Shown here piece by piece: positions 1 to 11,247 of a stretch of DNA of 64,000 bases. The DNA is from Occultella glacieicola. GTDB taxonomy: Bacteria; Actinomycetota; Actinomycetes; Actinomycetales; Beutenbergiaceae. The notes beneath the pieces were generated by a model. That model ran no database searches. It worked only from the letters and a program-made list of their open reading frames with translations, and was not told the origin of the DNA. The position numbers and the translations under genes were made by a program. Location of the stretch: assembly GCF_004353825.1 (NCBI RefSeq), contig NZ_SMNA01000001.1:124001-188000 (forward strand), in the 5' to 3' direction. How positions within the stretch are numbered: position 1 is the stretch's first letter; every line of letters starts with the position of its first letter.

Positions 1-1045
1 CGTCCTTCTCCTTGAGCAGGTTCTTCTCGCGGGCGTACCGGTTGATCAGCGTGGTCAACGCGGACCGGAAACCCTCCTCGTGCGTACCGCCTTCCGAGGT
101 GTTGATCGTGTTCGCGTAGGTGTGCACGCTCTCGGAGTAGGCGCCGGTCCACTGCAGCGCGATCTCGAGGGAGATCTTGCGCTCGGTGTCCTCGGACTCG
201 AAGTCGATGATCTCCGGGTGGACCATCTCGGTGCGCTTGGCTGCGTTGAGGTGCTTCACGTAGTCGACGAGGCCGCCGTCGTACCGGTAGGTGACCGACC
301 GGGAGTGCTCATCGGCCTGTTCCACAGCGGTGTCCTCGGAAGGGCCGGCCACCTCGTCGCCGGTGTCCTCGGCGACCACCCGCTCGTCCGTCAGCGAGAT
401 ACCCAGGCCCTTGTTCAGGAACGCGTACTGCTGGAACCGGGCCCGCAGCGTCTCGTAGTCGAACTGGGTCGTCTCGAAGATGTCGTCGTTCGGCCAGAAA
501 GTGACGGTGGTACCGGTGTCCTCGGTGTCCTCACCCCTGGCCAGGGGGGCCATCGGGACGCCGTCGCCGTAACTCTGTCGCCACACGCTGCCCTGGCGAC
601 GAACCTCGACGTCGAGACGTCCCGACAGTGCGTTCACCACGGAGACGCCGACGCCGTGCAGCCCACCGGAGACGGCGTAGCCACCACCGCCGAACTTCCC
701 CCCGGCGTGCAGCACGGTCAGCACGACCTCGACGGCCGGCTTGCCCTCGGACTCCACCACGTCCACAGGGATCCCGCGACCGTTGTCACGGACCCGGAGG
801 CCGCCGTCAGCCAGCAGGGTCACGTCGATGTGGTCGCAGTATCCGGCCAGTGCCTCGTCGACCGAGTTGTCGACCACCTCGTACACGAGGTGGTGCAGTC
901 CCCGCTCACCGGTCGAGCCGATGTACATGCCGGGGCGCTTGCGCACCGCCTCGAGTCCCTCCAGGACCGTGATATTGCTGGCGTCGTAGCTCGTGGGCCC
1001 CGAGTTCTGTGCTTCGGTTGCCGGCTCAGTTGTGTCGTCAGCCAC
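1..1045 (-). CDS. gyrB: DNA gyrase subunit B, 5' part (runs off the window start)
   Basis: Manual translation from GTG at 1045: MADDTTEP...[53 protein letters not shown] upstream; missing from the ORF track because it is truncated. Confidence 0.97.
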   Translation of the reverse strand, partial: MADDTTEPATEAQNSGPTSYDASNITVLEGLEAVRKRPGMYIGSTGERGLHHLVYEVVDNSVDEALAGYCDHIDVTLLADGGLRVRDNGRGIPVDVVESEGKPAVEVVLTVLHAGGKFGGGGYAVSGGLHGVGVSVVNALSGRLDVEVRRQGSVWRQSYGDGVPMAPLARGEDTEDTGTTVTFWPNDDIFETTQFDYETLRARFQQYAFLNKGLGISLTDERVVAEDTGDEVAGPSEDTAVEQADEHSRSVTYRYDGGLVDYVKHLNAAKRTEMVHPEIIDFESEDTERKISLEIALQWTGAYSESVHTYANTINTSEGGTHEEGFRSALTTLINRYAREKNLLKEKD

Positions 1046-1168
1046 GTTCTTCTGGCTCTCCTCATCGTCATCGAGGCACGCGCGCGGCACCGCTCGGTTG
1101 AGTGAGGTGCCTGCGTGCCGGCCCAGGACCACAGGCGTTTGAACCACTTGCCCCCGGACGGTCGCTCG

Positions 1169-1219
1169 ATTCTACTCCGAATCCGCGAGAACTCCGAATA
1201 TCCACAGAAGTTATCCACA
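1169..1219 (-). promoter_or_regulatory. Putative gyrB promoter (-10 TAGAAT) with two adjacent DnaA boxes
   Basis: ATTCTA 1169-1174 (TAGAAT on the minus strand); ATATCCACA 1198-1206; perfect TTATCCACA 1211-1219. Confidence 0.65.
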
Positions 1220-1364
1220 GCGTGTCGTGGTCTGGGGACAAGGCACCCGAGGGACGCTGTGGACCGGGTCCCGTGCAGCCCGTCAGGAGGGCGGCAGGAA
1301 GGTGGTCACGAGGTCGAGCGCAGGTCGGAGTGCAGGTCGAGGGCAGGTAAGTGCAGGGACCCGA

Positions 1365-1958
1365 TCAGCCGTAGGTGTCGCGCGGCCCACGCCCCCGCAC
1401 CGAACGGGGGCCCTTCCGCCAGCTCGGGCCGCCCGGCCCGAGCACCTGGATCGACGTGACCACCCCGTCGCCGACCTCCTCGGCGAGGCGGCGCTCCAAC
1501 TGGGGCAGCAGCAGGCGGATCTGGGTGGCCCACGCAGTCGAGTCGGCCCGCACCACGAGAGCCCCCTCGTCGAACGTCTCCGGCTCGCAGTGATCGGCGA
1601 TCTGGTCGCCGACCACCTCCCGCCATCGACCGACCACGCCCCCGATCGACAGCGGTTGGTTCCACCCGAGCTGACCCCGCAGGGACTCGAGGGCGGAGCC
1701 GATCATCCGCGGATCGCGCCCCGTCCCGTGCCCCGGCGCCGGCGTCGCCACCGTCCCACGCCCGCGCCGGCCGGCCCTGCCGGCACTGCCGGTGCCACCG
1801 GGGGCCAGACCCTTGGCCCGGGCGGCGTCCCGGGCACGGGCGAGCGCACTCCTCGCCGCCGCGTCGACGTCGGGCTCCTCGGCCGCCGGGGCTGCCGAAG
1901 CCCTCGGTGACCCGTCCTCCGGAGCGGCCCGGCCGCCCTCGGGCAGGTCAGCGGACAC
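1365..1958 (-). CDS. DciA / DUF721 family protein
   Basis: [24 protein letters not shown] motif and C-terminal GPRDTYG; lies between recF and gyrB; start uncertain (1958 or 1970). Confidence 0.9.
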   Translation of the reverse strand: MSADLPEGGRAAPEDGSPRASAAPAAEEPDVDAAARSALARARDAARAKGLAPGGTGSAGRAGRRGRGTVATPAPGHGTGRDPRMIGSALESLRGQLGWNQPLSIGGVVGRWREVVGDQIADHCEPETFDEGALVVRADSTAWATQIRLLLPQLERRLAEEVGDGVVTSIQVLGPGGPSWRKGPRSVRGRGPRDTYG

Positions 1959-3135
1959 GGGTGACCGCACCGTCCATCACGTCGTACCGAGCGCCGGCCA
2001 GGCCCTCGGGTACGTCCTCGGCGACGGCCGAGGTGATCAGCACCTGCTCCGCGTCGGCGACCAGGTCGGCCAGGCGAGCCCGACGGCGGTTGTCGAGTTC
2101 GGCGAACACGTCGTCGAGGATCAGCACGGGTTCGCCGTCGCTCTCGAAGTCGGTGTCGGCGCGCAGCAACTCGTAGGAGGCGAGGCGCAGGGCGAGCGCC
2201 AGCGACCAGGACTCGCCATGGCTGGCGTACCCACGCGCGGGCAGTCCGCCGAGCTGCAGCTCGAGGTCGTCACGGTGGGGGCCCACGAGGGACACTCCCC
2301 GCTCGATCTCCTTCGGCCGCAGGCGGGACATCGCGTCCAGGAGCCGAGCCTGGACGAGGTGCGCATTGGTGAGCGACTCCTCGGCCGTCACCGCTGCGCC
2401 CGGCGCCCGGTCGCCGTCGGACATCGTCTGCTCCAGGCTCGACCGGTACCCCAGCTCCGCGGCGCTCTGCGCGGAACTGACCCGCTCGTAGGCGCTCTCG
2501 ACGTGCGGGCGCAGCCCGCGGACCGCGGTGACCCGGGCGGCGATCAGCTGGGCGCCGGCCGTGGCCGCCTTCTCGTCCCACACATCGAGCGTGCGCAGGT
2601 CGGGCCCGGACCCGGCACGGCGGCTGGTGCCCGCGGACTTCAGCAGGGCGTTGCGCTGCTTGATCACGCGCTCGTAGTCGGAGCGGACCCCGGCCAGCTT
2701 CGGACTCAGGAGCACCAGGAGCTCATCGAGGAACCGGCGGCGGCCGTCCGGGTCACCCTTGACGAGCGCGAGATCCTCCGGGGCGAACACCACGGTCCGG
2801 AGCCGACCGAGCAGATCCCGCGCCCGCGGCAGCGCGGACCGGTTGATCCGGGCCCGGTTCGCCTTTCCTGCGACGAGTTCGAGTTCCAGCGTTGCCGGCC
2901 GGCCCGAGCGCACCACCTTCGCCTGGATCACCGCGCGGGACGAGCCCCGGCGCACCAGCGCGGCATCGGAGGCGACCCGGTGGGAGGTGAACGTGGCCAG
3001 GTACCCGAGGGACTCGACGAGATTGGTCTTGCCCTGGCCGTTCGGGCCGACCAGCGCGGTGATCCCCGGCTCGAAGGCGACGACGACCTGTGCGTAGGAC
3101 CGGAAGTCGGTCAGGGCGAGATCGGAGACATACAT
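1948..3135 (-). CDS. recF: DNA replication/repair protein RecF
   Basis: DFRSY, Walker [33 protein letters not shown]. Confidence 0.97.
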   Translation of the reverse strand: MYVSDLALTDFRSYAQVVVAFEPGITALVGPNGQGKTNLVESLGYLATFTSHRVASDAALVRRGSSRAVIQAKVVRSGRPATLELELVAGKANRARINRSALPRARDLLGRLRTVVFAPEDLALVKGDPDGRRRFLDELLVLLSPKLAGVRSDYERVIKQRNALLKSAGTSRRAGSGPDLRTLDVWDEKAATAGAQLIAARVTAVRGLRPHVESAYERVSSAQSAAELGYRSSLEQTMSDGDRAPGAAVTAEESLTNAHLVQARLLDAMSRLRPKEIERGVSLVGPHRDDLELQLGGLPARGYASHGESWSLALALRLASYELLRADTDFESDGEPVLILDDVFAELDNRRRARLADLVADAEQVLITSAVAEDVPEGLAGARYDVMDGAVTRVR

Positions 3136-3148
3136 CGAGAGGCTGGGT

Positions 3149-4045
3149 CTAGCCGTCCGCCGCGGCCTTGGTCGCGTGCCCGCCGAACTGCTGGCGCAGG
3201 GCGGCCACGGCCTTCATGGCCGGTGAGTCCTCCTGGCGCGAGTCGAACCGCGCGAACAGGGCGGCACTGATGACCGGGGCGGGGACCGCGCGTTCCACGG
3301 CCTCCTGGACGGTCCAGCGCCCCTCGCCCGAGTCGGCGACGAATCCGCGGATGTCGTCCAGGTCGGGGTCCTCGTTGAGCGCCTTCACGAGGAGCTCGAG
3401 CAGCCAGGAGCGAACCACGGTGCCCCTCTGCCAGGCGGTGAAGATGGCCCCGACGTCGTCGATCAGGTCGTCGCGCGCGGCGAGGATCTCGTATCCCTCG
3501 GCGTACGCCTGCATCACGCCGTACTCGATGCCGTTGTGGACCATCTTCGCGTAGTGCCCGGCGCCGACCGGCCCCGCGTGCACGAAGCCCTCCGCGGCGA
3601 GACCTTCCGGGCGGAGCGCCTCGAAGATCGGCATCAGGGTGGCGATGGTCTCGTCCGGGCCGCCGACCATCAGTCCGTAGCCGTTCTCCCGGCCCCAGAT
3701 CCCACCGGAAACCCCAGCGTCGACGTACCCGATACCGCGTTCACCCAGCTCCGCGGCGCGGCGGGTGTCGTCGCTGAACTTGGAGTTCCCACCGTCGATG
3801 ATGACGTCTCCGGCACGCATGTGTTCGGCGACCTGTGCCACCACGGTGTCGGTGATCTCCCCGGCGGGAACCATCACCCAGACGATGCGCTGCTGCTCGG
3901 GGAGCGCAGCCACCAGGTCGGCGATCCCTGGGACGTCGGAGATCTCCTGGTTCTGGTCGTATCCGGTCACCCCGTGGCCCGCATTGCGCAGCCGGTCGCG
4001 CATGTTGCCGCCCATCCGGCCCAGCCCGATCAGTCCGATGTGCAT
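3149..4045 (-). CDS. gnd: 6-phosphogluconate dehydrogenase (short type)
   Basis: GLGRMG Rossmann motif, [27 protein letters not shown]. Confidence 0.93.
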   Translation of the reverse strand: MHIGLIGLGRMGGNMRDRLRNAGHGVTGYDQNQEISDVPGIADLVAALPEQQRIVWVMVPAGEITDTVVAQVAEHMRAGDVIIDGGNSKFSDDTRRAAELGERGIGYVDAGVSGGIWGRENGYGLMVGGPDETIATLMPIFEALRPEGLAAEGFVHAGPVGAGHYAKMVHNGIEYGVMQAYAEGYEILAARDDLIDDVGAIFTAWQRGTVVRSWLLELLVKALNEDPDLDDIRGFVADSGEGRWTVQEAVERAVPAPVISAALFARFDSRQEDSPAMKAVAALRQQFGGHATKAAADG

Positions 4046-4098
4046 GAGCGAATCTCCTTCGGCCGGCGGTGGTGGATCCCAGTCTGGTCGCGGCCCGG

Positions 4099-5226
4099 TC
4101 AGCTCGCGAATCGGATCGGCATGAGCAGGTACCGGAACTCCTCCGCGTGGTCGGCACCGTCGATGCTGTCCTGGCCGGTCATGACCGCCGGCTTCGAGGC
4201 GTGGGTGAAGGACAGCCGTACGAACGGGGTGTCCAGGGCGCCGAGGCCGTCCAGGAGGTACTGCGGGTTGAATGCCGTGGAGATGTCCTCACCCACGAGC
4301 GTGGACTCCAGGACCTCCGACGCCTGGGCGTCGTCGCCCTGGCCGGCCTCGAGGACGACCTGGCCCTCGCTGAAGGAGAGCCGGATCGGGGTGTTCCGTT
4401 CGGCCACGAGGGCCACCCGCTTGGCGGCCTCGACGAGCTCGCCGGTGCTCGTCACCGTATGCGTGGTGGTCTGCTCCGGGAACAGCCGACGGACCGGCGG
4501 GTACTCGCCGTCGACCAACAGGGACGTGGTCCGGCGGCCGCCGGCCTCGAAGCCCACGATGTCACCGTTCTCGACGAGGGCGACGTCGATCGTGCCCGCG
4601 TTACTGAGGTTCTTGGCAACGTCGGAGAGGGTGCGCGCCCGGATCAGGGCGACCCGGTTCACCGACGGAGAGGCGGGGGTCCAGGAGACCTCGCGCATGG
4701 CCAGCCGGTACCGGTCCGTCGCCAACAGCGTGACCTTGTCACCCTCGATCTCGACTCGCACGCCGGTGAGCAGCGGCAACGTCTCGTCCCGCCCGGCCGC
4801 GATCGTGACCTGCGAGATGGCCTGGGCGAAGGCGTCACCCGAGATGGAACCGGTCGTGTCCGGCAACTCGGGCAGCGAGGGGTAGTCCTCGACCGGCATC
4901 GTGAGCAGCGTGAACCGCGACGCACCGCAGACGACGACCACCTTGGACCCGTCGACGCTCACCTCGACCGGCTTGTTCGGCAGCGCCCGCGAGATCTCCG
5001 CGAGCAGCCGGCCCGAGACGAGCGCGGAGCCCGGCTCGTCGACCTCGGCGGCGATGCTGGATCGGGCCGAGACCTCGTAGTCGAAGGTGGAGAGCACGAG
5101 CGTGCCGTCGGTGTTGGCCTCGAGCAGGACACCGGCAAGAACCGGCACCGACGGACGGCTGGGCAGGGTGCGCGCCGTCCAGGTCACGGCATCCGCCAGC
5201 ACATCTCGCTCAACCCTGAACTTCAC
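4099..5226 (-). CDS. dnaN: DNA polymerase III beta sliding clamp
   Basis: MKFRVERDVLADAV, ATDRYRL, YLLMPIR; downstream of dnaA. Confidence 0.98.
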   Translation of the reverse strand: MKFRVERDVLADAVTWTARTLPSRPSVPVLAGVLLEANTDGTLVLSTFDYEVSARSSIAAEVDEPGSALVSGRLLAEISRALPNKPVEVSVDGSKVVVVCGASRFTLLTMPVEDYPSLPELPDTTGSISGDAFAQAISQVTIAAGRDETLPLLTGVRVEIEGDKVTLLATDRYRLAMREVSWTPASPSVNRVALIRARTLSDVAKNLSNAGTIDVALVENGDIVGFEAGGRRTTSLLVDGEYPPVRRLFPEQTTTHTVTSTGELVEAAKRVALVAERNTPIRLSFSEGQVVLEAGQGDDAQASEVLESTLVGEDISTAFNPQYLLDGLGALDTPFVRLSFTHASKPAVMTGQDSIDGADHAEEFRYLLMPIRFAS

Positions 5227-5826
5227 GATGTCGGCCTCTCTCCTGATCTGGTGGTGCGCGGCGGTCCTGCGTCGATTCCCGGCGCGGCCCGGCGTGGATG
5301 CTCTCGTGGGTCCTCAGAGCATAGTGACAAGGTTCGCGGGTTCGAACCATGGCCCGAACCGTGCCGAGCTGCTGGGAGCCTCGGGTGAGCCGGCCCTGCC
5401 GACAGTAGTCGAGGCCGGCCGGTCGGGGCAGGTTGACTGCGCTCGAGGGTCGGTTTGAAGGATCCGGTCGGACGATCTGGCAGATGTTGGTTGTTCACAC
5501 CTGGACCCATGAAACCTTGGTGTTCATCGTCATCGGTGCTGTGGATCCTGTGGATGAGCGACGTCTGCGCAGGTCAGGCGGGCGGTGGCCATGTGGACCG
5601 ATGGTGGTGTGGCCGTGCACAGGGCCCTGCGAACGCTGTGGATGGGTCTCGACGCACTCGGGGCCGTCCACGGTCGGCAGTGGCTGCGTCCACGGAATCG
5701 GATCGTGTTTCCACGGCTGTCCACAGGCTCGTCCACAACTGTGCATTCGTCTCACTGAGTGAATCTGTGCCCGTCCGCTCGGTGACACGGTTTTCACCGA
5801 GCGTTCATCCGGAGGGCCGATGCAGG
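5227..5826. other. oriC, dnaA-dnaN intergenic DnaA-box cluster
   Basis: Box-like 9-mers: TTGTTCACA 5491, TGTGGATCC 5540, TGTGGATGA 5549, TGTGGACCG 5592, CCGTGCACA 5613, TGTGGATGG 5637, CTGTCCACA 5717, TCGTCCACA 5729; canonical actinobacterial position. Confidence 0.85.
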
Positions 5827-7272
5827 TCAGCCGCGCTGTTGCTGCTTGATGCGGTTGGTCAGCTCGGTGACCTGGTTGAACGTGGACCGCCGCTCGGCCA
5901 TCTGCTGGCGGATCTTGCGGTTGGCGTGCATCACGGTGGTGTGGTCCCGGCCGCCGAACAGCTGCCCGATCTTGGGCAGCGACAGGTCGGTCAGTTCGCG
6001 GCACAGGTACATGGCGATCTGCCGGGCATTGACCAGGACCCGCGAGCGGTCGGCGCTGCACAGCGCCTCGATCGTCACCCCGAAGTAGGTCGCCGTCTGC
6101 GCCATGATCGACGACGGGGTGATCTCGGCACCGTCGTTGTCGGTGATCAGGTCCTTGAGCACCATCTCGGCGAGCGAGAGGTCGACGGATTGCCGGTTGA
6201 GGTTCGCGAACGCGGTGACCCGGATCAGCGCGCCCTCCAACTCGCGGATGTTGGAGGAGATCTTGGAGGCGATGTACTCCAGGACGTCGTTCGGGGCCTG
6301 CAGGCTCTCGCTGCCCGCCTTCTTCCGGAGGATCGCGATCCGGGTCTCGAGGTCAGGCGGCTGCACGTCCGTGATCAGGCCCCACTCGAACCGCGACCGC
6401 ATCCGGTCCTCGAAGCCATTGAGCAGCTTCGGCGGCAGGTCCGAGGTGATGACCACCTGCTTGTTGTCGTTGTGCAGGGTGTTGAACGTGTGGAAGAACT
6501 CCTCCATCGTCTGTTCCTTGCCCTGGAGGAACTGGATGTCGTCGATGAGCAGGACCTCGACCTCGCGGTAGCGGCGTTGGAACGCCTCCGCCTTGTCGTC
6601 GCGGATCGAGTTGATGAAGTCGTTCGTGAACTCCTCGGAGTTCACGTACCGCACCCTGATCCCGGGATACAGGCTCTTCGCGTAGTGCCCGATGGCGTGT
6701 AGGAGGTGGGTCTTGCCGAGTCCGGACTGACCGTAGATGAACAGCGGGTTGTAGGCCTTGGCAGGGGCCTCGGCGACGGCGGTCGCGGCCGCATGCGCGA
6801 ATCGGTTGCTGGAGCCGATCACGAACGTGTCGAACGAGTAGTTCGGGTTGAGGCGCGCGTTCGGGTCGACACCGGTCGCGTAGTGGTCCGGTTGGGGCGC
6901 CGGCCTGGTGGCCGGCCGGGGTGCGGGCCGGGTCTCGTGGGCGGGCTCCGGGTCGGGTCGTCGCGGTGGGTCGTCCAGGGTCAGCGTCTCCTCGAGGGAG
7001 GGATCGACGGTGACGGCGACCTTCACGTTGTGCGTCAGGGCCGCGGACAGGGCGGCGGTGATGGACTCCCGTGCGCGGGTCTCGATGAATTCCTTGGCGA
7101 AGTCGTTGGAGACGGCCAGCAGGATCGTGTCGTCGATGACACCGAGTGGTTTCGTGAGCCGGATGAAGCCCAGATGTGGCCCGCTGAGATCGCCCCGGTC
7201 GGTCAGGATCTCGATGGCGCGCGCCCAAGCGGGACCGAGCGCCGCGGCGTCAACTGGCGATTCGGACAACAT
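5827..7272 (-). CDS. dnaA: Chromosomal replication initiator DnaA
   Basis: [40 protein letters not shown]; start placed at ATG 7272 behind a G-rich SD. Confidence 0.98.
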   Translation of the reverse strand: MLSESPVDAAALGPAWARAIEILTDRGDLSGPHLGFIRLTKPLGVIDDTILLAVSNDFAKEFIETRARESITAALSAALTHNVKVAVTVDPSLEETLTLDDPPRRPDPEPAHETRPAPRPATRPAPQPDHYATGVDPNARLNPNYSFDTFVIGSSNRFAHAAATAVAEAPAKAYNPLFIYGQSGLGKTHLLHAIGHYAKSLYPGIRVRYVNSEEFTNDFINSIRDDKAEAFQRRYREVEVLLIDDIQFLQGKEQTMEEFFHTFNTLHNDNKQVVITSDLPPKLLNGFEDRMRSRFEWGLITDVQPPDLETRIAILRKKAGSESLQAPNDVLEYIASKISSNIRELEGALIRVTAFANLNRQSVDLSLAEMVLKDLITDNDGAEITPSSIMAQTATYFGVTIEALCSADRSRVLVNARQIAMYLCRELTDLSLPKIGQLFGGRDHTTVMHANRKIRQQMAERRSTFNQVTELTNRIKQQQRG

Positions 7273-7313
7273 GACCCCCTGCGACAAAGATGGTTGGAGC
7301 ATCGGCGGTGACG

Positions 7314-7603
7314 TCATCCACAACTCTATCCACAGTCTGTGTGCAACCCATCGTGGTTCAACGAGGCGCGGGATCCTGCGGACGGTACGGGATGGCGAGA
7401 GCGTCGGGAGGTGCGAGCCTAACCCCGTCGGGCGGCCGATGCCAGCGCTCGTCCACAGTCATGTGGATCGCTTGGAGGGCCGTTCCGCCGTGACCCGCCG
7501 TGACGGACCGGCGGCGTCGTGCCGACGAGTGGGGCACGCTGGGCCGGTCGGCCGATGTCGGCCGCGCCAGGGCCTCGACGCCGCGTCACCGTGGTGTGGG
7601 GAA
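7314..7603. promoter_or_regulatory. DnaA boxes upstream of dnaA (autoregulation or second origin cluster)
   Basis: TCATCCACA 7314, CTATCCACA 7326, TGTGTGCAA 7338, TCGTCCACA 7449, TGTGGATCG 7462, TGTGGGGAA 7595. Confidence 0.7.
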
Positions 7604-7763
7604 GGCCTCTCCTGCGGGTTTGACCGGGTTGCCCGGGCTCGCGTACCGTGGATCAGTCGTATGGACACGCGCGTCCTCCTGCCCGGAGGCGTCCGGGTTC
7701 GAGCGGTATCGCGCCTTGCTTCCCCTGTGATGGCGCCCTTCCCAACATCTTTGGAGCACTCCC

Positions 7764-7901
7764 GTGAGCAAGCGGACCTTCCAGCCGAACAACCGGCGCC
7801 GAGCCAAGGTGCACGGCTTCCGACTGCGCATGCGCACCCGCGCTGGTCGCTCGATCCTGGCGGCTCGTCGCCGCAAGGGCCGCAGCGCGCTGTCCGCCTG
7901 A
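7764..7901 (+). CDS. rpmH: 50S ribosomal protein L34
   Basis: Manual translation [45 protein letters not shown]. Confidence 0.97.
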   Translation: MSKRTFQPNNRRRAKVHGFRLRMRTRAGRSILAARRRKGRSALSA

Positions 7902-7906
7902 GCACG

Positions 7907-8257
7907 GTGCTGCCGGCACAGCACCGGATGCGTCACGGCGACGAGTTCGCCGACGCGATCCGGTCCGGTGCCCGCAGCGGCACGCCGCGCGTGGTGGTGC
8001 ACTACCGAGGATCCACCCGAGCCGAGCCGGCTCGGGTGGGTTTTGTCGTGTCGAAGGCGATCGGCGGCGCAGTGCAGCGGAACCTGGTGAAGCGCCGGCT
8101 GCGGGCGGTCACGGCGGCTCGACTGGAGGCGTTGCCACCCGGCACTTCGGTCGTGGTCCGTGCGTTGCCGGGTGCGGCGATCGCGAGCTACCCGGAACTG
8201 GAACGGGACGTCGTGCGTTGTCTGGACAGGAGCGCACGCGCGGAGGTGAAGCGATGA
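7907..8257 (+). CDS. rnpA: Ribonuclease P protein component
   Basis: MLPAQHRMR...RVGFVVSKAIGGAVQRNLVKRRLR. Confidence 0.95.
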   Translation: MLPAQHRMRHGDEFADAIRSGARSGTPRVVVHYRGSTRAEPARVGFVVSKAIGGAVQRNLVKRRLRAVTAARLEALPPGTSVVVRALPGAAIASYPELERDVVRCLDRSARAEVKR

Positions 8258-8640
8258 CGCAGCCGCGCGGTGAGGCATCGGAGTCGGCCGGCACCCGGCC
8301 GCGGAGGCGCCCGGTCCGCAACCCGCTGACCTGGTTGCTCGTGGGTGGGGTCCGTGCCTATCAGCTGATCGTGTCGCCGTGGTTCGCCCCGACCTGCCGG
8401 TACTACCCGAGCTGCTCGACGTACGCGATCGACGCGCTGCGCAAGCGTGGCCCGCTGGCGGGCACCGGCCTGGCCGTGTGGCGAGTCCTTCGGTGCAATC
8501 CGTGGTCGGCCGGTGGCGTCGACCATGTACCTCCCCGGCGATCCCAGATGGATCACGGACATCCTCACCGCAGCCCGGACCGGCGAGCACGTACCCTCGT
8601 CGCAGGACCTGCCAGCATGGGCCCGCAGCCGCGCGCCTGA
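8254..8640 (+). CDS. yidD: Membrane protein insertion efficiency factor YidD
   Basis: CRYYPSCSTYA, RVLRCNPWSAGGVD. Confidence 0.95.
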   Translation: MTQPRGEASESAGTRPRRRPVRNPLTWLLVGGVRAYQLIVSPWFAPTCRYYPSCSTYAIDALRKRGPLAGTGLAVWRVLRCNPWSAGGVDHVPPRRSQMDHGHPHRSPDRRARTLVAGPASMGPQPRA

Positions 8641-8660
8641 CATTGGAGATTTACTAGTTC

Positions 8661-9755
8661 ATGGGCTTCTTCGACAGCTTGTTGTCGCCGATCATGGTGG
8701 CGGTCGCGTGGATCATGGTCCGCGCGCACGACGTGTTGACCTGGCTGGGCATGGATCCGGCCGGCGGTTGGACCTGGTTGCTCTCGATCGTCGCGCTGGT
8801 GGTGGTCATCCGGATCCTGCTGATCCCGCTGTTCGTGCGGCAGATCAAGGCGTCCCGTGGGATGCAACTCGTTCAGCCGGAGATCCAGAAGCTGCAGAAG
8901 AAGTACAAGGGCAAGACCGATCCGGCGTCACGCCAGGCCATGCAGCAGGAGATGATGGCCATCTACAAGGAGGCCGGGACCTCACCGTTCGCGTCCTGCT
9001 TGCCGATCCTTGCGCAGATGCCGATCTTCTTCGCCCTGTTCCGGGTGCTGAGCTCGCTCGAGCCGCTGGCGACGGGAACCTACGTCAACGACAGCATCGG
9101 TCCGCTGACGCAGGAACTCGCGGCGCAGGCGGAGTCCTCGGAGATCTTCGGCGCTTCGCTCTCCTCGACGTTCCTCGGCTCGGACGACCTGGCCGTGAAG
9201 CTGGTGACCGCGGCCCTGATCATCATCATGTCGGCGACGACGTTGTTCACCCAGCGCCAGCTGACCATGAAGAACATGCCGCCGGCGGCCCAGGACAACC
9301 CGATGGCACGTCAGCAGAAGATGCTGATGTACATCCTGCCGCTGGTGTTCGCGTTCTCCGGTGTGAACTTCCCGATCGGCGTGCTCGTCTACTGGTCGAC
9401 GTCGAACCTGTGGTCGATGGGTCAGCAGTGGTTCGTCATCCGTCGCTCGCCCGTCCCCGGGTCTGAGGCGGACAAGGCGTACCAGCAGCGACAGGCGCGC
9501 AAGGCGAAGCGACGCGGACGGTCCCTCGAGGACGACGGCGTGCACGGGCCGGAGGACGTAACCGGCGAGATCGAGGCGGGTGGCCACGGTGTTCCCGGTG
9601 GGCAGCGTCAGCAGCCCAAGCGCAACAGCCCGCGGGCCAAGCGGTCCGGGGGTCGGCCTGCGATACCGCCGGCGCCCGGAACGACCAGCGAAGTGGAGCC
9701 GGCGACCGAAACGGGCGCCCCGGCCCCCTCCAAGTCCACCAAGCCCAAGAAGTAG
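8661..9755 (+). CDS. yidC: Membrane protein insertase YidC
   Basis: IRILLIPLFVRQ, SCLPILAQMPIF, GVLVYW; multiple TM helices. Confidence 0.96.
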   Translation: MGFFDSLLSPIMVAVAWIMVRAHDVLTWLGMDPAGGWTWLLSIVALVVVIRILLIPLFVRQIKASRGMQLVQPEIQKLQKKYKGKTDPASRQAMQQEMMAIYKEAGTSPFASCLPILAQMPIFFALFRVLSSLEPLATGTYVNDSIGPLTQELAAQAESSEIFGASLSSTFLGSDDLAVKLVTAALIIIMSATTLFTQRQLTMKNMPPAAQDNPMARQQKMLMYILPLVFAFSGVNFPIGVLVYWSTSNLWSMGQQWFVIRRSPVPGSEADKAYQQRQARKAKRRGRSLEDDGVHGPEDVTGEIEAGGHGVPGGQRQQPKRNSPRAKRSGGRPAIPPAPGTTSEVEPATETGAPAPSKSTKPKK

Positions 9756-9789
9756 CGCCAGACGCGCTCCGCAGCCCGAGAGGTCGATC

Positions 9790-10359
9790 ATGACGAACGA
9801 GACCAACCAGATCGAGACCGCAGTCTCGCCGGCTGACGCGGTCGTTGAGACCCAGCCCGGTCCCGATGAGGTCGCGCCGAGCAACCGGCTCGAGGAGGAG
9901 GGGGAGATCGCCGCCGACTACCTCGAGGAACTCCTGGACATCGCGGACCTGGACGGCGACATCGACATCGATGTCGACCACGGGCGCGCCGCCGTCGAGA
10001 TCGTGACCGAGTCCGAGGACGCGCGGTCCCTGAACCGGCTCATCGGTGCCGACGGTGAGGTCCTGGATGCGTTGCAGGAACTCACCAGGCTCGCAGTGCA
10101 GGCCAAGACCGGTGAACGGAGTCGGCTGATGCTGGACGTCGCGGGTCACCGTCAGGCTCGGAAGGTGGAACTGACGGCGATCGCGCAGGAGGCCATCGAC
10201 CGCGCCCGGGCGGAGGGGGCCGACGTGTCCCTTCCGGCGATGAACCCGTTCGAGCGCAAGGTCATCCACGACACGGTGGCGTCCGCCTCCCTGGTGAGTG
10301 ACTCCGAGGGTGTCGAGCCCAAGCGTCACGTCGTGGTTCGCGCGCCTGCCCAGGCTTGA
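9790..10359 (+). CDS. Jag/EloR family KH-R3H RNA-binding protein
   Basis: LEEEGEIAADYLEELLDIADLDGDID, MNPFERKVIHD (R3H). Confidence 0.92.
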   Translation: MTNETNQIETAVSPADAVVETQPGPDEVAPSNRLEEEGEIAADYLEELLDIADLDGDIDIDVDHGRAAVEIVTESEDARSLNRLIGADGEVLDALQELTRLAVQAKTGERSRLMLDVAGHRQARKVELTAIAQEAIDRARAEGADVSLPAMNPFERKVIHDTVASASLVSDSEGVEPKRHVVVRAPAQA

Positions 10360-11033
10360 GCACCGAGGTGCCGACCGGTCCTGGGAACGACCGCGACGTC
10401 AGCGACGCCGCGGAGGTTGTTGTCGACGACGACGCGAGTCGTCGCGTGCTTGGACTGGCATGGTCGGGGGCGGCCCGGTTCGCTGAGATGTTGGCGGACG
10501 AGGGTGAGTTGCGAGGGCTGATCGGCCCCCGTGAGGTGCCACGGCTGTGGTCACGGCATGTGGTGAACTCGGCGGCGGTGGCAGGCTTCCTCCCGGAGTC
10601 GGGTTCTCTGGCCGACGTCGGCTCGGGAGCCGGCCTGCCGGGTGTGGTGCTGGCGCTGATGCGGCCCGATCTGGACGTGCACCTGATCGAGCCGATGGAG
10701 CGACGGATCGCGTGGCTGGGTGAGGTCGTGGACGAACTGGATCTGGACAACGTGACCCTGCACCAGGTTCGGGCGGAGGAACTCCACGGCAAGCTGGAGG
10801 TCGACGCGGTGACGGCGCGAGCCGTGGCCGCCATGGGCAAACTCGCCCGCCTGACCCTGCCCTTGGTGTCTCGTGGTGGCGTGCTGCTGGCACAGAAGGG
10901 CCGCCGCGCGGAGTCCGAACTCGCCGATGCCGCCACAGCACTGCGGAAACTGGGCGTGACGGCGACCTCGGTTCACGAGGTGGACCTGCTCGGCGACGGC
11001 GAGATCACGATGGTGGTAGAAGTCCGGAAGTAG
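10356..11033 (+). CDS. rsmG: 16S rRNA m7G527 methyltransferase RsmG (GidB)
   Basis: GLIGPRE, DVGSGAGLPG, VTARAV. Confidence 0.95.
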   Translation: MSTEVPTGPGNDRDVSDAAEVVVDDDASRRVLGLAWSGAARFAEMLADEGELRGLIGPREVPRLWSRHVVNSAAVAGFLPESGSLADVGSGAGLPGVVLALMRPDLDVHLIEPMERRIAWLGEVVDELDLDNVTLHQVRAEELHGKLEVDAVTARAVAAMGKLARLTLPLVSRGGVLLAQKGRRAESELADAATALRKLGVTATSVHEVDLLGDGEITMVVEVRK

Positions 11034-11247
11034 GTCCAAGCGCCGGCCGGCGCGGTTCGGCACCGTCCGGACGGATTGGTCAGGGAGATACTCGGCCATC
11101 GCCGTTGGAACGCGCGTTCGACTGCGGTGCGTTTGGGGGCGATTCGACAGGTGGCCGCCGTGGTCGTAGAGGTGTCACCGAGAGGGATGGCCGGCGGTCC
11201 GCGATCGGTGCTGTGGGCCGGATCGAGGGTGCTGTGGGAACCGTCGC

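Noticed and set aside
80..1105. Long antisense or alternate-frame ORFs (also 5455-6702, 18660-20516, 36612-39488, 53659-56769, 60274-62718)
   Set aside because: Shadow ORFs expected in high-GC DNA overlapping well-supported genes
3149..4045. gnd inside the dnaN-recF operon
   Set aside because: Common arrangement in actinobacteria
7273..7323. N-terminal extension of DnaA in the ORF track
   Set aside because: Overlaps a DnaA box; ATG 7272 has a better SD
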